Origin: Bacilli bacterium
GTDB taxonomy: Bacteria > Bacillota_I > Bacilli_A > RFN20 > CAG-826
NCBI GenBank assembly: GCA_022641095.1
Contig: JALCDB010000006.1
Coordinates: forward strand, 3,423-67,422
Length of the DNA: 64,000 nt
Reading direction: 5' to 3'
Shown: positions 27,062 to 36,770 of the stretch, one piece after another
Numbering within the stretch: the stretch's first letter is position 1
Layout of the letters: each line of letters opens with the position of its first letter
The notes under the pieces: model-generated
Databases searched by the model: none
The model's input: the letters and a program-made list of their open reading frames with translations, nothing else
What the model was told of the DNA's origin: nothing
Translations under genes and position numbers: made by a program

Positions 27062-29385
27062 AAGGATTTCCTATGCGACAAAATTGGCTTAGAAAGACAG
27101 CGGCTTTGCTTCTAAGCGTCGTTGTCTTAAGCGGATGCAATCCGGCTTCGAGCGGCATCTCCACAAGCGACGGGACGAATACCCAAGAAAGCGGGAGCGT
27201 TTCCCCTTCTTCCTCCAGTACTCAAGCGAACCCGCCAATTCAATCAGGCGTCTATTGGCGCTCGCCGGGCATTGCCGACACGGTCTACGCGATCTCGTCA
27301 ACCAATATGTCTGGTGACGAGATGTCCATGATCAGCAGCGTTCAAGGCATCCTAGCCCAAAAACTATCCAGAGTCTACGTTTACGACGGCACGGCCGATT
27401 CGAAGTACTGGCTGAGCCAGTTGCAGTCGAAGAAAGGTTTCCAGGTTAAAGAGTATACGGACGCATTCGCTCTTTTAAACGACGTGAAAACCTATCTCCC
27501 CAGCAAAAAATTCGTCACTTACAAGTCGGTGACCACGAGCGGTGACAACTATAATCTTTCCATCGATCACGCGGCGACAGTCAGCGGCGTCGAGGGATGG
27601 ATCATGGTCGACTCCTCGCTCGTGTCCAAAGCCATCGGCGCCGGCTTTACCCCCGGCATCGACGTCAGCGATTACTCCACCCGCCAAATCTTCGAGAAGT
27701 ATAAGTCACGGCTCAACAACCAATTGCTTCTCAACCAAAATCCGCAAAAAGCGATGCTGCGCGACTATTCGATTGCGGCCAAAGCCTTCTGCGGCTATAT
27801 GGATTACATCACCGACGACTCAACTATCAGAACGGAAATCGGGCAATGGGCGGTTAAGAATGCCCCTATTATCGGCTGGACTGAGAATGAGGTTAATTTC
27901 GTCTCCGTCAACTCGACTTTGTCCCTTGTGACCCTGGCGGCTGACTGGGCGATTTCGCTCAGCTTCCTTTCCGGTTACTCGCCCGCCGCGACACTTTCGT
28001 TCCCGAACTATCAGAAACGGAAAATCACGGCCACGAAAGGCAAGCATTACCTCGCGATCGTGATGAGCGACGGCGATAACGTTCAGTGGCTTGAGCGCAC
28101 CTTCATGGACGACACGAGATGGTATGGCTCCCCTCGCCGAGGTTCGTTCCCGATGACCTGGACCATTTCCCCCGCCCTCGCCGATTTGGCTCCTAACGTC
28201 ATGGAGACGATCTATTCCCGCGGTACCGCCAACGACGACTTCATGGCCGGGCCTTCGGGGGTAGGCTACATAAACCCTTCGGAGTACACCGAATCGTCTT
28301 TGCCGGACTACGCGGGGAAAACCGCCGGTTATATGGCTCGGAGCGGCTTGAGCAGCGTCAATTTGATCGATTCGTTCGTTAATCAGGATTGCCTTTCTTA
28401 TTTCGCCTCCCAGGACCAGATCAAAGGCGGCGTTTGGTCGCTCGGCGACTATTATCTCGAAGGCAAAGGCGGCGTCTATTGGTCCAACGACAAGCCGTTT
28501 GTCGCCGTGAGAGACACCCTCTGGCGCGATGGCAACTACAGCCACAACAAATACTATGGTTTCACGGAACGGGTGGCACAACGCATCAACAGCTATAAGA
28601 CGGATCCGAGCGACATCTCGGGTTACACCGTTTTGCTGACGCACGCTTGGAGCATCGGAACGATGGAGTACATCAATCGCTTCACGCGCCAACTCGATGA
28701 CCACGTTGAGCTCGTCAGCGTCGACGAATTGCTCGATCTCGTCAAAGAGAACGTCCCCCACAAAGACGAAGAGCAGGCGCCTGACATCGCGCCAAACGAT
28801 ATCGACCCACTCTGCGCTATTGACTCGCGAGCCTTCTATTGGAAGGACGTAAAAGACTATCCGATAACCACGGAACGCAATTTCGAATTCTCGAGCGCGA
28901 ATGATTTGGGCGGTTGGTCGCTTAATTGCGGCGGGCTCGAATACGACAAATGCTCTTGGAACAGTTGGTCCGCCTCCGGAAAAGGCTCCATCCTGCTCGA
29001 TGGCTCCGACCTCAACGACAAGATGGACGCCATTCCAAATTCCTACATGTACAACATGTTCCAGTTAGGAAGCGACGAGAGCAAACTCGAAATCCTTTGC
29101 AAAGGCGGCAACAACGCGGATACGTTCTTCCGCGTTCACGTCTACTACGAGGACGCTTCCTTGGCTGAAGGTTACGGCGAAGACATTCTAAAGGACGGCT
29201 ACGGAGACGGCGCGACGTTCGACGATTACGGCTACTACGAACGCGCCGACGGCTCCAACCTCACCACTTACGATTTCTCGTTAAGCAAATACGCCGGAAA
29301 GAAAACCCTTATCTCCCTTGAACAGGACGATGACGGCGACGGCTCTGGCGAGCAGATCTTCATCGATTACGTTCATATCTCTTAA
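27058..29385 (+). CDS. GxGYxYP-family putative glycoside hydrolase, lipoprotein
   Basis: It has an ATGA overlap with the permease; an alternative ATG is at 27073. The lipobox is VLSGC. The motifs are IVMSDGDNVQW and AGPSGVGYINP. The C-terminal module contains SLEQDDDGDGSGE. Confidence 0.8.
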   Translation: MKGFPMRQNWLRKTAALLLSVVVLSGCNPASSGISTSDGTNTQESGSVSPSSSSTQANPPIQSGVYWRSPGIADTVYAISSTNMSGDEMSMISSVQGILAQKLSRVYVYDGTADSKYWLSQLQSKKGFQVKEYTDAFALLNDVKTYLPSKKFVTYKSVTTSGDNYNLSIDHAATVSGVEGWIMVDSSLVSKAIGAGFTPGIDVSDYSTRQIFEKYKSRLNNQLLLNQNPQKAMLRDYSIAAKAFCGYMDYITDDSTIRTEIGQWAVKNAPIIGWTENEVNFVSVNSTLSLVTLAADWAISLSFLSGYSPAATLSFPNYQKRKITATKGKHYLAIVMSDGDNVQWLERTFMDDTRWYGSPRRGSFPMTWTISPALADLAPNVMETIYSRGTANDDFMAGPSGVGYINPSEYTESSLPDYAGKTAGYMARSGLSSVNLIDSFVNQDCLSYFASQDQIKGGVWSLGDYYLEGKGGVYWSNDKPFVAVRDTLWRDGNYSHNKYYGFTERVAQRINSYKTDPSDISGYTVLLTHAWSIGTMEYINRFTRQLDDHVELVSVDELLDLVKENVPHKDEEQAPDIAPNDIDPLCAIDSRAFYWKDVKDYPITTERNFEFSSANDLGGWSLNCGGLEYDKCSWNSWSASGKGSILLDGSDLNDKMDAIPNSYMYNMFQLGSDESKLEILCKGGNNADTFFRVHVYYEDASLAEGYGEDILKDGYGDGATFDDYGYYERADGSNLTTYDFSLSKYAGKKTLISLEQDDDGDGSGEQIFIDYVHIS

Positions 29386-29402
29386 TCTAGAAAGGATTAT
29401 TT

Positions 29403-32138
29403 ATGAAACATCTAGCAAAACCTATCGCTTTGATTCTCTCGGCTCTCGCTTTGGCGGCGTGCGGCGACACGACTTCTTCGCTTGCCCCGACCTCCGTAAG
29501 CGGGGGAACCTCCTCTTCAGCGACGGCGTCGGCAACCACCAGCTCAACTTCGGCGAAAACCGCTTTGGAGGCGGCGGCCGTTTCCCTATCGCACTACACC
29601 GCAAGTTGGTCCGCGGTTGCCCACGCCGATGGCTACAAACTCTATTTGAATTCCGCGTTTTTGAAGACCAGTTCCGATCTTAGTTACGACTTCGACACCA
29701 CGATTTCGACAAAGCAGACGCTTTACGTCGTGGCAAGCGACAGCACGGGGGCTTATCTTGACGGCCCTTCCTCAAACTCCATTGAGTTCGTCGCGCCTTC
29801 TTCCTTAGAGGCGCCGCTCATCAGTTTCGATTCCGCTTCGAAGACCGTCAGTTGGTCGGCGGTAAGCAACGCCCTGACCTACATGGTGTTCGAAAACGGG
29901 TCCTTCATGGTCGAGACCGACAAACTCGCCTACACGGTAACCGATACCAACGTCGGCGCTTACTCCATAACCGTCAACGCCAAATACGGCGATTTGATGT
30001 CAGGTTACAGCAACGCCGTCGTTTACAAAGTCCTGCCAGAGACCATTGCGACGGCGGTTAAGTGGGATCGGGCGGGCTTATATGGCGATGACTGGACTCG
30101 GAGCGGCAGCTTCAATGAGGGCGTTGGCGAAGGCTGCGACATGCAGGCTGGAGCCAGCATGCTCATGGCCCACGCCATCACCGCCGATTGCCAATATCTC
30201 CGCGTGTCGATGCGGGTCTTCCACCGCGATGGGGAAACCTATCCGAAGTTTTACGTTTACGTCGACGGCGTGCTGAGCAGGGCGATCGGTAGCGCAAACG
30301 ATTATGTCACCACCGACCTCGATGCCGGAGCCACCTTCGACTACGACCTGACCTCAAAAGTCGGGGAAACCGTCATCATCGAGTTCAAGGAAACGGCCTC
30401 AACCCACACTTGCATCACCGGCGTATCGATGGTGAAGGCCCTAGGCGCCTCCCTTTCCTCGAAGACCTCTTGGAGCCGGAGCGAATTCTACGATGAGTGG
30501 TTCTGCGAAGGAACCTTCAATACCGGCGTCGGCGAAGGCGTTGACTTTACCGGAAGCGGCGCCGCCAGCATCATTTTGAACATCACCGCGAATACCAGAT
30601 TCTTCAACGTTGGCATTCGTCAGTTCGAGAACCAAGATTCCGACAAAGCACACCTGGCCCTCTACGCCAACGGAACGCTCGTCAAGACCGCCGATGGCGA
30701 TGATTATGCCGTATCAAGCCTTGATGGATCCACAATGGTTTATGCCTGGGATCTCAGCGAATACATCAACCAAAATGTCACTTTTAAATTTGCTTCGCTT
30801 GTCTCGAGCGTTAACCATTGCGTCGGAACGAGCTTTGCCTTAACCGCCACCTCCGAGTCAACCGTCCCGGGCAACGGTATGGTCTTAGCAAACGCTACCG
30901 CTTGGACAGGTGACCAAATCTCCTCGGATGAGGCTTGGGTAAAATCAAGCGGCGCCGTTCTTCGCAATGAGGGTTTCGATTTGGCCCATGGCGAGAGCGC
31001 GATGACTAAAATCGCCATCGCCTCTTCGACCGAATATCTCAACATCAAGTCTAGAATGTACGCCGGGCAGGATAGCGGGGCTTCCTTGCTTCAAGTCAAA
31101 GTGAACGGCGTCGCCATAAAAGCGGTCAACAGCGATTTCGACACTTTCCCGGTGCCGGTTTCCGATAGCGAGTTCGTCTATGCTTACGATCTGTCCGCCT
31201 TCACCGAGCTGAAGCCGGTCATAACCATTCTTAACGCTTCGGACTCGGCCAACCACATGGTCTTGACCAACGTCGAATTCGGCGCGGCCGACGCCCATAC
31301 CGCCGCCGACAACTACAATGTCGCGGTCACGGATTTCGATCGTGCTTACCTTTATTCGAAGTGGACGATTTCGGGTAGCAACACCGGCGTCGGCGAAGGC
31401 GTCGACCTCCAAGGCGCTGGCACGATGAGTTATCAATACACCGTGGACGCGGCCACCAAGCTTGTGAACGTGAAGACCCGTATCTTCAACGGACAAGACA
31501 GCGACAACGCTTCCTTTGTCTTCAAAGCTGGAAATACCGTAATCAAAGCCGTTAATAACAGCGCCGATTCCTGCGTCTTGCCGGCGGATACCGACAACTC
31601 GACTTGGTGGACTTTCGATCTCTCTTCCTACGTCGGAAGCCAAATCACCGTTTCCATTGCCTCGAACAACAGCAAGGTCAACCACATGGTCGTTGAGCAC
31701 GTGACATTGAACGCCATAGACGCCCACACGAACGAGGCGTTAACCGCCTTCTATCCCAACGCCATTAACACTTACTGGACCGTTGCGGACGCTAACACCA
31801 TCAACGAGGGCATCGACCTTGCGGCTTCCGGTTCTGTCAGCTATGTTTATAGCGTTGCTGACGCCACGAAAGCCCTAAAGATCAATAGCCGCATCTTCAA
31901 AGGGCAAGAAACCGTCCAGCCACAACTTGAGGTTATGGTCGGCACGACCATTATCAAAGCCAACGGCTTGGCCACCGATGCCGCTTCCCTTGCCATCGAC
32001 ACCGACAGCACTCAGACCTTCCAATATGATTTGAGCGCTTACGTTGGGCAAAGCATCAACGTCAAAATTCTTTCGATCCAAGGGCTTAATAACCACTTGG
32101 TCTTACAAAGCGTCTATTTAAACTCAGCTATCGCTTAA
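29403..32138 (+). CDS. 911-aa surface lipoprotein: 2 Fn3-like repeats plus 5 copies of an unassigned ~125-aa module
   Basis: The lipobox is LALAAC. The internal repeats are marked by N(E/T)G(V/I)GEG(V/C)D...G.G and end in -NH-V-. No catalytic motif was recognised. Confidence 0.75.
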   Translation: MKHLAKPIALILSALALAACGDTTSSLAPTSVSGGTSSSATASATTSSTSAKTALEAAAVSLSHYTASWSAVAHADGYKLYLNSAFLKTSSDLSYDFDTTISTKQTLYVVASDSTGAYLDGPSSNSIEFVAPSSLEAPLISFDSASKTVSWSAVSNALTYMVFENGSFMVETDKLAYTVTDTNVGAYSITVNAKYGDLMSGYSNAVVYKVLPETIATAVKWDRAGLYGDDWTRSGSFNEGVGEGCDMQAGASMLMAHAITADCQYLRVSMRVFHRDGETYPKFYVYVDGVLSRAIGSANDYVTTDLDAGATFDYDLTSKVGETVIIEFKETASTHTCITGVSMVKALGASLSSKTSWSRSEFYDEWFCEGTFNTGVGEGVDFTGSGAASIILNITANTRFFNVGIRQFENQDSDKAHLALYANGTLVKTADGDDYAVSSLDGSTMVYAWDLSEYINQNVTFKFASLVSSVNHCVGTSFALTATSESTVPGNGMVLANATAWTGDQISSDEAWVKSSGAVLRNEGFDLAHGESAMTKIAIASSTEYLNIKSRMYAGQDSGASLLQVKVNGVAIKAVNSDFDTFPVPVSDSEFVYAYDLSAFTELKPVITILNASDSANHMVLTNVEFGAADAHTAADNYNVAVTDFDRAYLYSKWTISGSNTGVGEGVDLQGAGTMSYQYTVDAATKLVNVKTRIFNGQDSDNASFVFKAGNTVIKAVNNSADSCVLPADTDNSTWWTFDLSSYVGSQITVSIASNNSKVNHMVVEHVTLNAIDAHTNEALTAFYPNAINTYWTVADANTINEGIDLAASGSVSYVYSVADATKALKINSRIFKGQETVQPQLEVMVGTTIIKANGLATDAASLAIDTDSTQTFQYDLSAYVGQSINVKILSIQGLNNHLVLQSVYLNSAIA

Positions 32139-32154
32139 CCGACGCAACCAAGGG

Positions 32155-32181
32155 AGGGCGGTCAAAATTGGCCGCCCTTTT
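32155..32181 (+). terminator. rho-independent terminator
   Basis: The sequence is AGGGCGG-tcaaaattgg-CCGCCCT followed by TTTT, 17 nt after the stop. Confidence 0.6.
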
Positions 32182-32362
32182 CGCTTGCTGGCTTTTCTAT
32201 GGAAGAAACGCTTACGAGTGCTTTCGTTAATCTCAAACTAGCCGCTGAGCATCGACCTTCCGCTCTTACGATTAAGCAAAAAAGGATCTGCATCGAGTTT
32301 GGATTTTGGTTCGATTCCCATAATAGGGGACAAGATAAACGGGTTGAGGGCATTGAGATGGT

Positions 32363-33376
32363 CTATTGTTTTCTGTTCGCGACGAACGAATCGCCAAACG
32401 TCAGCTTGCTCTTGATAACCAAGTGGCTTCTCGTTCTCTCGTGGTCGACCATCGCAATGAGGATTTTCGATGCGGCCTCTCCAAGCTTGGCATAATTCTG
32501 TGAGGCATATGAGAGCGACGGGCGAAACGCTTTCTCGTTTTTTGAGGCTGGGCCCAAGGAAAAGACGGCAATATCCTTGCCAACCCTTTTCCCGCTTTCT
32601 TTAATCGCTTGATAAGCCCCTTTTGCGGAATTCGGGGTGGCGCATATAATGGCGCTAGCCCCGCTTCGGATGGCTTTTTTAGCCACTTCGTATCCCTCAT
32701 CGGCATCAGCGGTTCGAAGAGGGTAAGTCAGCCCCTCGCTTTTGTCCAGAGCTTGGCAAAAAGCCTGGCGTTGAATCCGCCCCAAAGTCATGGACTCCGT
32801 CACGTGGAGAAAGGCGATCTTGCTGTGCCCAGCTTCTTCCATGAGTCTCGTGACGACCATGACGAGTCCCTCGTTATCAACGTCGACGTATTTTAAGCGG
32901 CGGGGGGCAGCGAACATCGGTTTGCCAATGGTGACGCACGGCAATTCGTCTTTCTTCAGTTGCTTAATACGGGCGTCGTCAAACGTCGGGTTGACGAGAA
33001 TGGCGCCAGCGATAGGCGTCGACTTGGCCTTCAGGCATTTCAGAAACTCATCATTGCTCAAACCTATGAAGACAAGGACCTTCTTCTTTCTTTGGCTAGC
33101 CACGCGCAACACCGCCCCCACCAGCGTGTCAAAATAATTCAGATAGACGTTGTGATTCGACTCCAAAAACAAGCCGATGATACTGTCATCCTTCTTGCCA
33201 GAGAGGCCCACCGCGTAGAATCCTGGAGTGTAATCTAGCTTTTTTGCGGTTCTCAAAACTTTGGCTTTGAGTTCGGGCGAAACGAAGGCACGGGAGGAAA
33301 AAACATTTGATATCGTGCTTTTGGTGACGCCAGCCGCTTTGGCGACATCGTTGATGGAGACGCTTTTTTTCTTCAT
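32363..33376 (-). CDS. LacI-family transcriptional regulator (paralog 3)
   Basis: The HTH reads INDVAKAAGVTKSTISNVFSS...YTPGFYAVGLS. It starts 1 nt after the stop of the upstream gene. Confidence 0.9.
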   Translation of the reverse strand: MKKKSVSINDVAKAAGVTKSTISNVFSSRAFVSPELKAKVLRTAKKLDYTPGFYAVGLSGKKDDSIIGLFLESNHNVYLNYFDTLVGAVLRVASQRKKKVLVFIGLSNDEFLKCLKAKSTPIAGAILVNPTFDDARIKQLKKDELPCVTIGKPMFAAPRRLKYVDVDNEGLVMVVTRLMEEAGHSKIAFLHVTESMTLGRIQRQAFCQALDKSEGLTYPLRTADADEGYEVAKKAIRSGASAIICATPNSAKGAYQAIKESGKRVGKDIAVFSLGPASKNEKAFRPSLSYASQNYAKLGEAASKILIAMVDHERTRSHLVIKSKLTFGDSFVANRKQ

Positions 33377-33377
33377 A

Positions 33378-36300
33378 TTATGTCATGCCAAAAATAAGGC
33401 AGGAGCCCCCTCTACAGGCGGAGAAGATTGTGTAGCCTTCTTCCTGATAGCTAGGCAAAACGCTCATGGAGCCGTATTCGTCGAAGAAAACGACTGAGCA
33501 TTCTTTATTGGCCTTCGCCAAAACGCGAACTCCAACGCTCGTGGCGAACTCATAGTCGGCGCCCTGATCGACAAACTGCAGGTCGAAGGCGTCGATAACC
33601 ACCTTGTTAGAAAATAGCGAAAGGGCTTCTTGTTTTTGTTTATCGCTCAATGTGCTCGTCTTCCGAAAAGCCTTAACCGCCAAAGCTTCTTCGTAGGAAT
33701 AGACACAATCCAAACCAGTTCCTTTGACGATGGTTTCGTCGTCGTACAAATCCTTTATGCCATCGCCATCGGTGTCCGGCAGGGCGTAATCTGGATCGAA
33801 ATCGTATCCGAGCGAGAAAAGCTCATACTTGCTCTCCTCCCAAATACCGTTTGCCAAGGAAACGAAATCGATGGTGATTTCGCCTTTCCCACGCGTAAAG
33901 GAAGAAGGGATGATAAAGTCGTCGTAGCGGGCGATGCTTTCTTCTCCTCTCAGAAATTTGTTCATCCACACGTTAACGAGCGTCCCGTCGCAGTAGACTT
34001 CGGCCTTTTGGTCGACATCCCGCAGATCATAGAGTCGGCGAATCATGATCCCGTCATTGTCCTCGGGGATTTTAACGCGCAACTCGCTTCTGCCATTCAG
34101 CACCCTCATGGGGCAATAGACGCCCGTGCCGATGCTATTCCCCTCCAAACGGCCTTCGATGTCTCCATCCGTCGAAGTTCCGTCCACCACGACGCAGTCG
34201 GGGTCCTCACCGCTAGCGGAATAAGCGCCCAAAGAATGAAGGGCGCTCTTTGAATTGGAGTAATAAAAGGCGGTGATGCAGTAATTTTCACCCGAGGTAT
34301 CATTGCTGGGGCCATGTTCAATAGTGGCCTCAATACCGTTCCTGAAAATGACTTGATCGGCGAGGAAACTCCGATAGGCAGAAATTCGGGCTTTGTCGTT
34401 GCCAGGATAGTCTCTCCATGTCATGCCGATGCTTCCTTGACTGAATTTTCCGCCAACGAAATACCAAGCGCTTTTGAAAATGTCCTCCGTTCCGGTTCCG
34501 TTGCAAACAGGGCTCGGGTTCCCATCGACGCTAATGATTTCGTCGCCTTCCAAAAACGCGAAAGAGGAGGAGCCAGTGCAGTTATACTGCAGTCCGACAA
34601 GCTTCCCCGATCCAGCGGCCGTAAGCCAAGGCAAGGGGGTTCCATAGGCCGAAACCCCTTGATGGATTTGGGACTTCAAAGTCAAAATCGGGCCATCGTC
34701 TTCGCTTGTTCCCGCATACGCGTAGGCGAAGACGCAGTTCAAAGGCCCATCCGCATTCGCTTGGCGGACAAGTGTGATGCGAATGCCGTCTTCATAAGGC
34801 AAGGGAAGATAGAAATATCCTAGGCCATTCTCATCCATGCCTTGGGCGTAACCATTGACCGCGGAAAAACCGTAGATGCCCATGTTGAAGAGAACGGATA
34901 GGGGGAGACAAATGTCTGGAACGTCGCTGCCCGATGTGTAGACGGAAAGAACGCTGTCGAGGACTAAAGAGTCATAATCGCAGGCATTCTGCATTTTTTC
35001 GTAGGCTTCTTCCCAGGCATCGCTCAATGAGTTGACGCCGTTGACTTTGACGGATGCAAAGGAAAAAACGCCATTGATGGCATGCTCTATGTCGTCCGCA
35101 ACGGACAGGCAATCCACCAAAACCCCATTTTCATATCCCCTTAAAGAGACGAGATTATTGCTGCCGGTTATCGGCACAAAAGTTATAACGACGCTGGTTT
35201 TCCCAGCAACATAGTCTAAAGGCAGGGCAAACGAGGTCTCTCCGATTTTGTCGCTACCATCATAGAAAGCATTCCAAGTGCCGGCCTTTTCCCCGTCTAC
35301 CCAAACATTGACGCTGGTGTCATCTTTCGAGGCGGCTTGCCGAATCAATCTGACATCGTTCCCTCCTGTCACGGAAAGGCGCATCGAAACCGCGTTTGAA
35401 TAATAGCCTGTTTGCTCTTGAGGGAGCGTATCGATTTTCTGGAAAGGATAAGCGGTGAGATCGGCGGCGTAAGCGGGGTCGTTCAGGGCCGCGTTAACGG
35501 AGCCGCTGCCGTTTTGCAAAACCACCGCGAACCCGTGGGCGCTTTCGCTGGAGCCGTTCAATATGTCGAGATAATCGGTGCAAATACTGCCCCCGGGGAC
35601 GATGCTGTACATCCAAACGTCAAAGAAAGGAAGGTCGATCCCCGAAACGGAAACGCATTCCAGCCGAAGCGTGACTTGGCTTTTCCCCTTTGTTAAGCAA
35701 CTGGGAATTTTTGCCACCAAATCAAGGATGCGGTAATCCGAGCCGCCCACGCCGGAATCAACCGTTGTAACGAACTGATCGTCGCAATAGACATCCACCA
35801 CCTGATTCGACCAAATGGCATCGATACGATATTTCAAGTAGCAGCCGTCGTTGTCGGGCCGGACATCCATGCGGAAAGACAGGTTCCCACCCGCTTTTAT
35901 GAAGCGCCCATCGGCGGCGATAGACGCGGGTTTGACTTTGGCATCGGCGATGCCATCGACATTCAAAGTAAAGCCCTGAATGAGACCATCCCCTTCTTTT
36001 TGGAGCAAGGTGGCGCCATCCCCCGGGTTCAGCGATATCTTGCCATTGTCAATGAGAGTACCGTCGCAACGCTCAGCCAAGTCGTGGGACGAGGAGAAAT
36101 ACTCCGGGACGACAAGCCCTTCGCTCATGGAAGTGGGGTGAACTTTGGCATCACTTGGCAGCAAAACGTAATCGATGTTGTAGTAGTTGAGGTATTCGGC
36201 AGTGATTTTCAGGGATTTTTGGAAGACAAGCGGGACATAGAAATAGCAACCGCCCCCTGAATCCGCCCCAATGCCAACATAGGGCTTCACGAAGGGGGAA

Positions 36301-36770
36301 ACCTTACCACCGAACAAGTCTTCGTGCTTAGCGCTGAACAAAAGTTCTCCGTCCAAGTAAAAATGAAAGACTTCTTTCGCCGTGTCATCGGCATATCCCT
36401 CGGCCCAAAACGTCGTCATGACTCCAGGCCCGTTGACGTCTAGCATCGTTGTGGTAGCGGCGATGCCCTCCTGATTGTTGAAATAAAAACCATCAAGGTT
36501 CCCGCCATCCAAATCGTAACTTGAGGCATGATAGTATTGATAGCCATTCAACGAAGAATAGAGGCTCTTCAGACTAAAGATGTCGCTGGCGGAAAGACCG
36601 TCCTCCATTTCGCTCGGAAACGGGGTGGTCGCAACTTGGCCATTCAGCGCCGCCTGTTCAATCCCAATACTCTGTTTCTCAGATGCCGCATCGGAACTTT
36701 TAAAATAATCCATTCCAGAAAAAAGAGGGATTAGCAAAGCCAAAATTGCTATCAAGCGCATCTTTTTCAT
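33378..36770 (-). CDS. secreted GH172/DUF2961-like protein with large inserted and C-terminal accessory domains
   Basis: The ATG at 36770 (MKKMRLIAILALL, GGAGGA RBS) overlaps the upstream stop. The DUF2961 hallmarks are LDVNGPGVMTTFW, GGGCYFYVPLVFQKSLKI and FLEGDEIISVDGN....NGTGTEDIFKSAWYF. Confidence 0.75.
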   Translation of the reverse strand: MKKMRLIAILALLIPLFSGMDYFKSSDAASEKQSIGIEQAALNGQVATTPFPSEMEDGLSASDIFSLKSLYSSLNGYQYYHASSYDLDGGNLDGFYFNNQEGIAATTTMLDVNGPGVMTTFWAEGYADDTAKEVFHFYLDGELLFSAKHEDLFGGKVSPFVKPYVGIGADSGGGCYFYVPLVFQKSLKITAEYLNYYNIDYVLLPSDAKVHPTSMSEGLVVPEYFSSSHDLAERCDGTLIDNGKISLNPGDGATLLQKEGDGLIQGFTLNVDGIADAKVKPASIAADGRFIKAGGNLSFRMDVRPDNDGCYLKYRIDAIWSNQVVDVYCDDQFVTTVDSGVGGSDYRILDLVAKIPSCLTKGKSQVTLRLECVSVSGIDLPFFDVWMYSIVPGGSICTDYLDILNGSSESAHGFAVVLQNGSGSVNAALNDPAYAADLTAYPFQKIDTLPQEQTGYYSNAVSMRLSVTGGNDVRLIRQAASKDDTSVNVWVDGEKAGTWNAFYDGSDKIGETSFALPLDYVAGKTSVVITFVPITGSNNLVSLRGYENGVLVDCLSVADDIEHAINGVFSFASVKVNGVNSLSDAWEEAYEKMQNACDYDSLVLDSVLSVYTSGSDVPDICLPLSVLFNMGIYGFSAVNGYAQGMDENGLGYFYLPLPYEDGIRITLVRQANADGPLNCVFAYAYAGTSEDDGPILTLKSQIHQGVSAYGTPLPWLTAAGSGKLVGLQYNCTGSSSFAFLEGDEIISVDGNPSPVCNGTGTEDIFKSAWYFVGGKFSQGSIGMTWRDYPGNDKARISAYRSFLADQVIFRNGIEATIEHGPSNDTSGENYCITAFYYSNSKSALHSLGAYSASGEDPDCVVVDGTSTDGDIEGRLEGNSIGTGVYCPMRVLNGRSELRVKIPEDNDGIMIRRLYDLRDVDQKAEVYCDGTLVNVWMNKFLRGEESIARYDDFIIPSSFTRGKGEITIDFVSLANGIWEESKYELFSLGYDFDPDYALPDTDGDGIKDLYDDETIVKGTGLDCVYSYEEALAVKAFRKTSTLSDKQKQEALSLFSNKVVIDAFDLQFVDQGADYEFATSVGVRVLAKANKECSVVFFDEYGSMSVLPSYQEEGYTIFSACRGGSCLIFGMT

